Positions 62,774 to 64,000 of a DNA stretch of 64,000 bases are shown in pieces (position 1 is the first letter of the stretch; every line of letters starts with the position of its first letter). A model generated the notes under the pieces. The model was not told the DNA's origin, ran no database searches, and was given only the letters and a program-made list of their open reading frames with translations. The stretch is from assembly GCA_041664745.1 (NCBI GenBank), contig JBAYKD010000002.1:6126-70125 (forward strand). Direction: 5' to 3'. Made by a program: the position numbers and the translations under genes. Source of the DNA: Minisyncoccota bacterium. Its GTDB lineage: Bacteria; Patescibacteriota; Minisyncoccia; Phycocordibacterales; UBA9973.

Positions 62774-63211
62774 ATGACTGAAAGATTTAAATACATTGGT
62801 TCATCATATTTGATTCTAATTAAGGATAATAATATCTTGCTTTTAAAGAGAGCCAATACAGGCTTCATGGATGGATATTATGGACTTCCGTCTGGTCATT
62901 TGGATGGTGGCGAGACAGCTAGAGAGGGAGGAGCTAGGGAAGTAAGGGAAGAAATTGGGGTAAATATAGATCCGCTTGATTTTAAGGTTGTTCATATTAT
63001 GCATAGAAAAGGAGAAAATGATGAACGTATAGATTTCTTTATGACAACAGAAAAATATACAGGCGAAATAAAAAATTGTGAACCAGAAAAATGCGAAGAA
63101 CTCAAATGGTTTCCATTAGATAGTCTACCCGAGAACATAATTCCTTACATTAAAGAAGCCATTAAAAATTCCCAAGAAAATGTTTTTTATTTAGAATGGG
63201 GGTGGAAATAA
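62774..63211 (+). CDS. NUDIX hydrolase
   Basis: Nudix box GHLDGGETAREGGAREVREEIGV. Confidence 0.85.
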   Translation: MTERFKYIGSSYLILIKDNNILLLKRANTGFMDGYYGLPSGHLDGGETAREGGAREVREEIGVNIDPLDFKVVHIMHRKGENDERIDFFMTTEKYTGEIKNCEPEKCEELKWFPLDSLPENIIPYIKEAIKNSQENVFYLEWGWK

Positions 63212-63297
63212 AGTAGCAAGACCATTCTTACTAGGTTTCAGTTACTCTCGTTTGAGTAGCTGGGTTTTTTATCTAAAAATAATGATATAATTAATCC

Positions 63298-63939
63298 ATG
63301 AAATTAACCTTCAAATACAATCAAGATAAAGATATTTGGTGTCTATTAAATAAAGGTAAGAGTTCTATTAATTCTCCATACCCAACAAAAGTATATAAGG
63401 AATTAGAGAAAGAATTTGGAGAGAATCCTTCCGAAAAAGACATCAAATTATTTGTTGAAAAGTATATTTCAAACAATAATTTGAATATAAAAGATTTCGT
63501 AGAAAAATATCAAAAAGATTGGGATAGTATTTCGGGTGAATATCAAAAAATAGCAGAGAAAATATTTAAAGCATCTTTACCCAAAGATATAATTGCTTAT
63601 CTTACTATAAATAACAGATGCCCTTACAACATAAAAGATAATTTTTTCTTTGTGAGTATACCAGATGAATTGCACCTAAGAAAGATAGTGATGCATGAAT
63701 TATGGCATTTCTATACATGGTATAAATTTGGCTATATATGGGAAAGTAAAATTGGGAAAGAAAAATATAATGAATTGAAGGAATCGCTTACTGTATTACT
63801 AAACATTGAGTGTAAAAATTTATTATCCGAAAGCATTATTGATAAAGGGTATCCACAACATAAAGAATTAAGAGAGAAAATACTTAAGTTATGGGAAAAA
63901 ACAAAAGACATAGACAAAGTTTGGGATAGTTTAATTTAA
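63298..63939 (+). CDS. hypothetical protein with HExxH motif (possible zinc metallopeptidase-like)
   Basis: 213-aa ORF containing VMHELWHFY. Confidence 0.45.
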   Translation: MKLTFKYNQDKDIWCLLNKGKSSINSPYPTKVYKELEKEFGENPSEKDIKLFVEKYISNNNLNIKDFVEKYQKDWDSISGEYQKIAEKIFKASLPKDIIAYLTINNRCPYNIKDNFFFVSIPDELHLRKIVMHELWHFYTWYKFGYIWESKIGKEKYNELKESLTVLLNIECKNLLSESIIDKGYPQHKELREKILKLWEKTKDIDKVWDSLI

Positions 63940-64000
63940 ATTATTAACTTAGATTTTTAACTATTATTTTGATATAATATAATTATGGAAATAGAATTTT

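Noticed and set aside
59472-64000. Integrated prophage or genomic island at tRNA-Gln (DinD-like, VOC, two NUDIX, HExxH and hypothetical genes).
   Set aside because: No integrase, recombinase, capsid or terminase genes are present. No direct repeat of the tRNA 3' end is visible, and the window ends before a right boundary could be seen. I record it only as an accessory-looking block rich in the TAGCAAGGACC palindrome.

Overview
This is an AT-rich, tightly packed bacterial chromosome segment. Its gene content looks like a Candidate Phyla Radiation / Patescibacteria (Parcubacteria-like) genome using the standard code; RF2 is present and TGA is used as a stop. Core genes include a PGM/PMM-family mutase, ssrA-smpB, ftsH, recG, eno, ligA, gatCA, dapL-dapA-dapB, prfB, ftsEX and pyrG, plus 9 tRNAs. 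There is also a csoR-copA copper cluster next to a NOX-like ferric reductase and a cytochrome b5, an ArsR/permease/glutaredoxin/rhodanese block, and an ECF sigma/anti-sigma pair. A roughly 12 kb secretin-less type IV pilus locus runs pilM to pilD, followed by four minor pilins. The most unusual signal is in the DNA rather than in any single gene. A family of GC-rich palindromic elements occurs as three ~119-nt intergenic copies, and as frame-preserving insertions inside two essential genes: recG (198 bp) and ligA (about 99 bp). This resembles the behaviour of Rickettsia palindromic elements. Other points worth a second look: a tRNA-Ile(UAU) and an odd tRNA-Ser(ACU); decayed 5'-half tRNA copies upstream of two tRNA-Met genes; a recurrent TAGCAAGGACC palindrome; a GC-rich structured region after tRNA-Gln; and a five-gene block (12.4-19.8 kb) built around a 1559-aa membrane protein with a GT-A domain and an atypical kinase-like protein. 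All coordinates of RNA genes and repeats were derived by eye and may be off by a few nt. No database searches were run.
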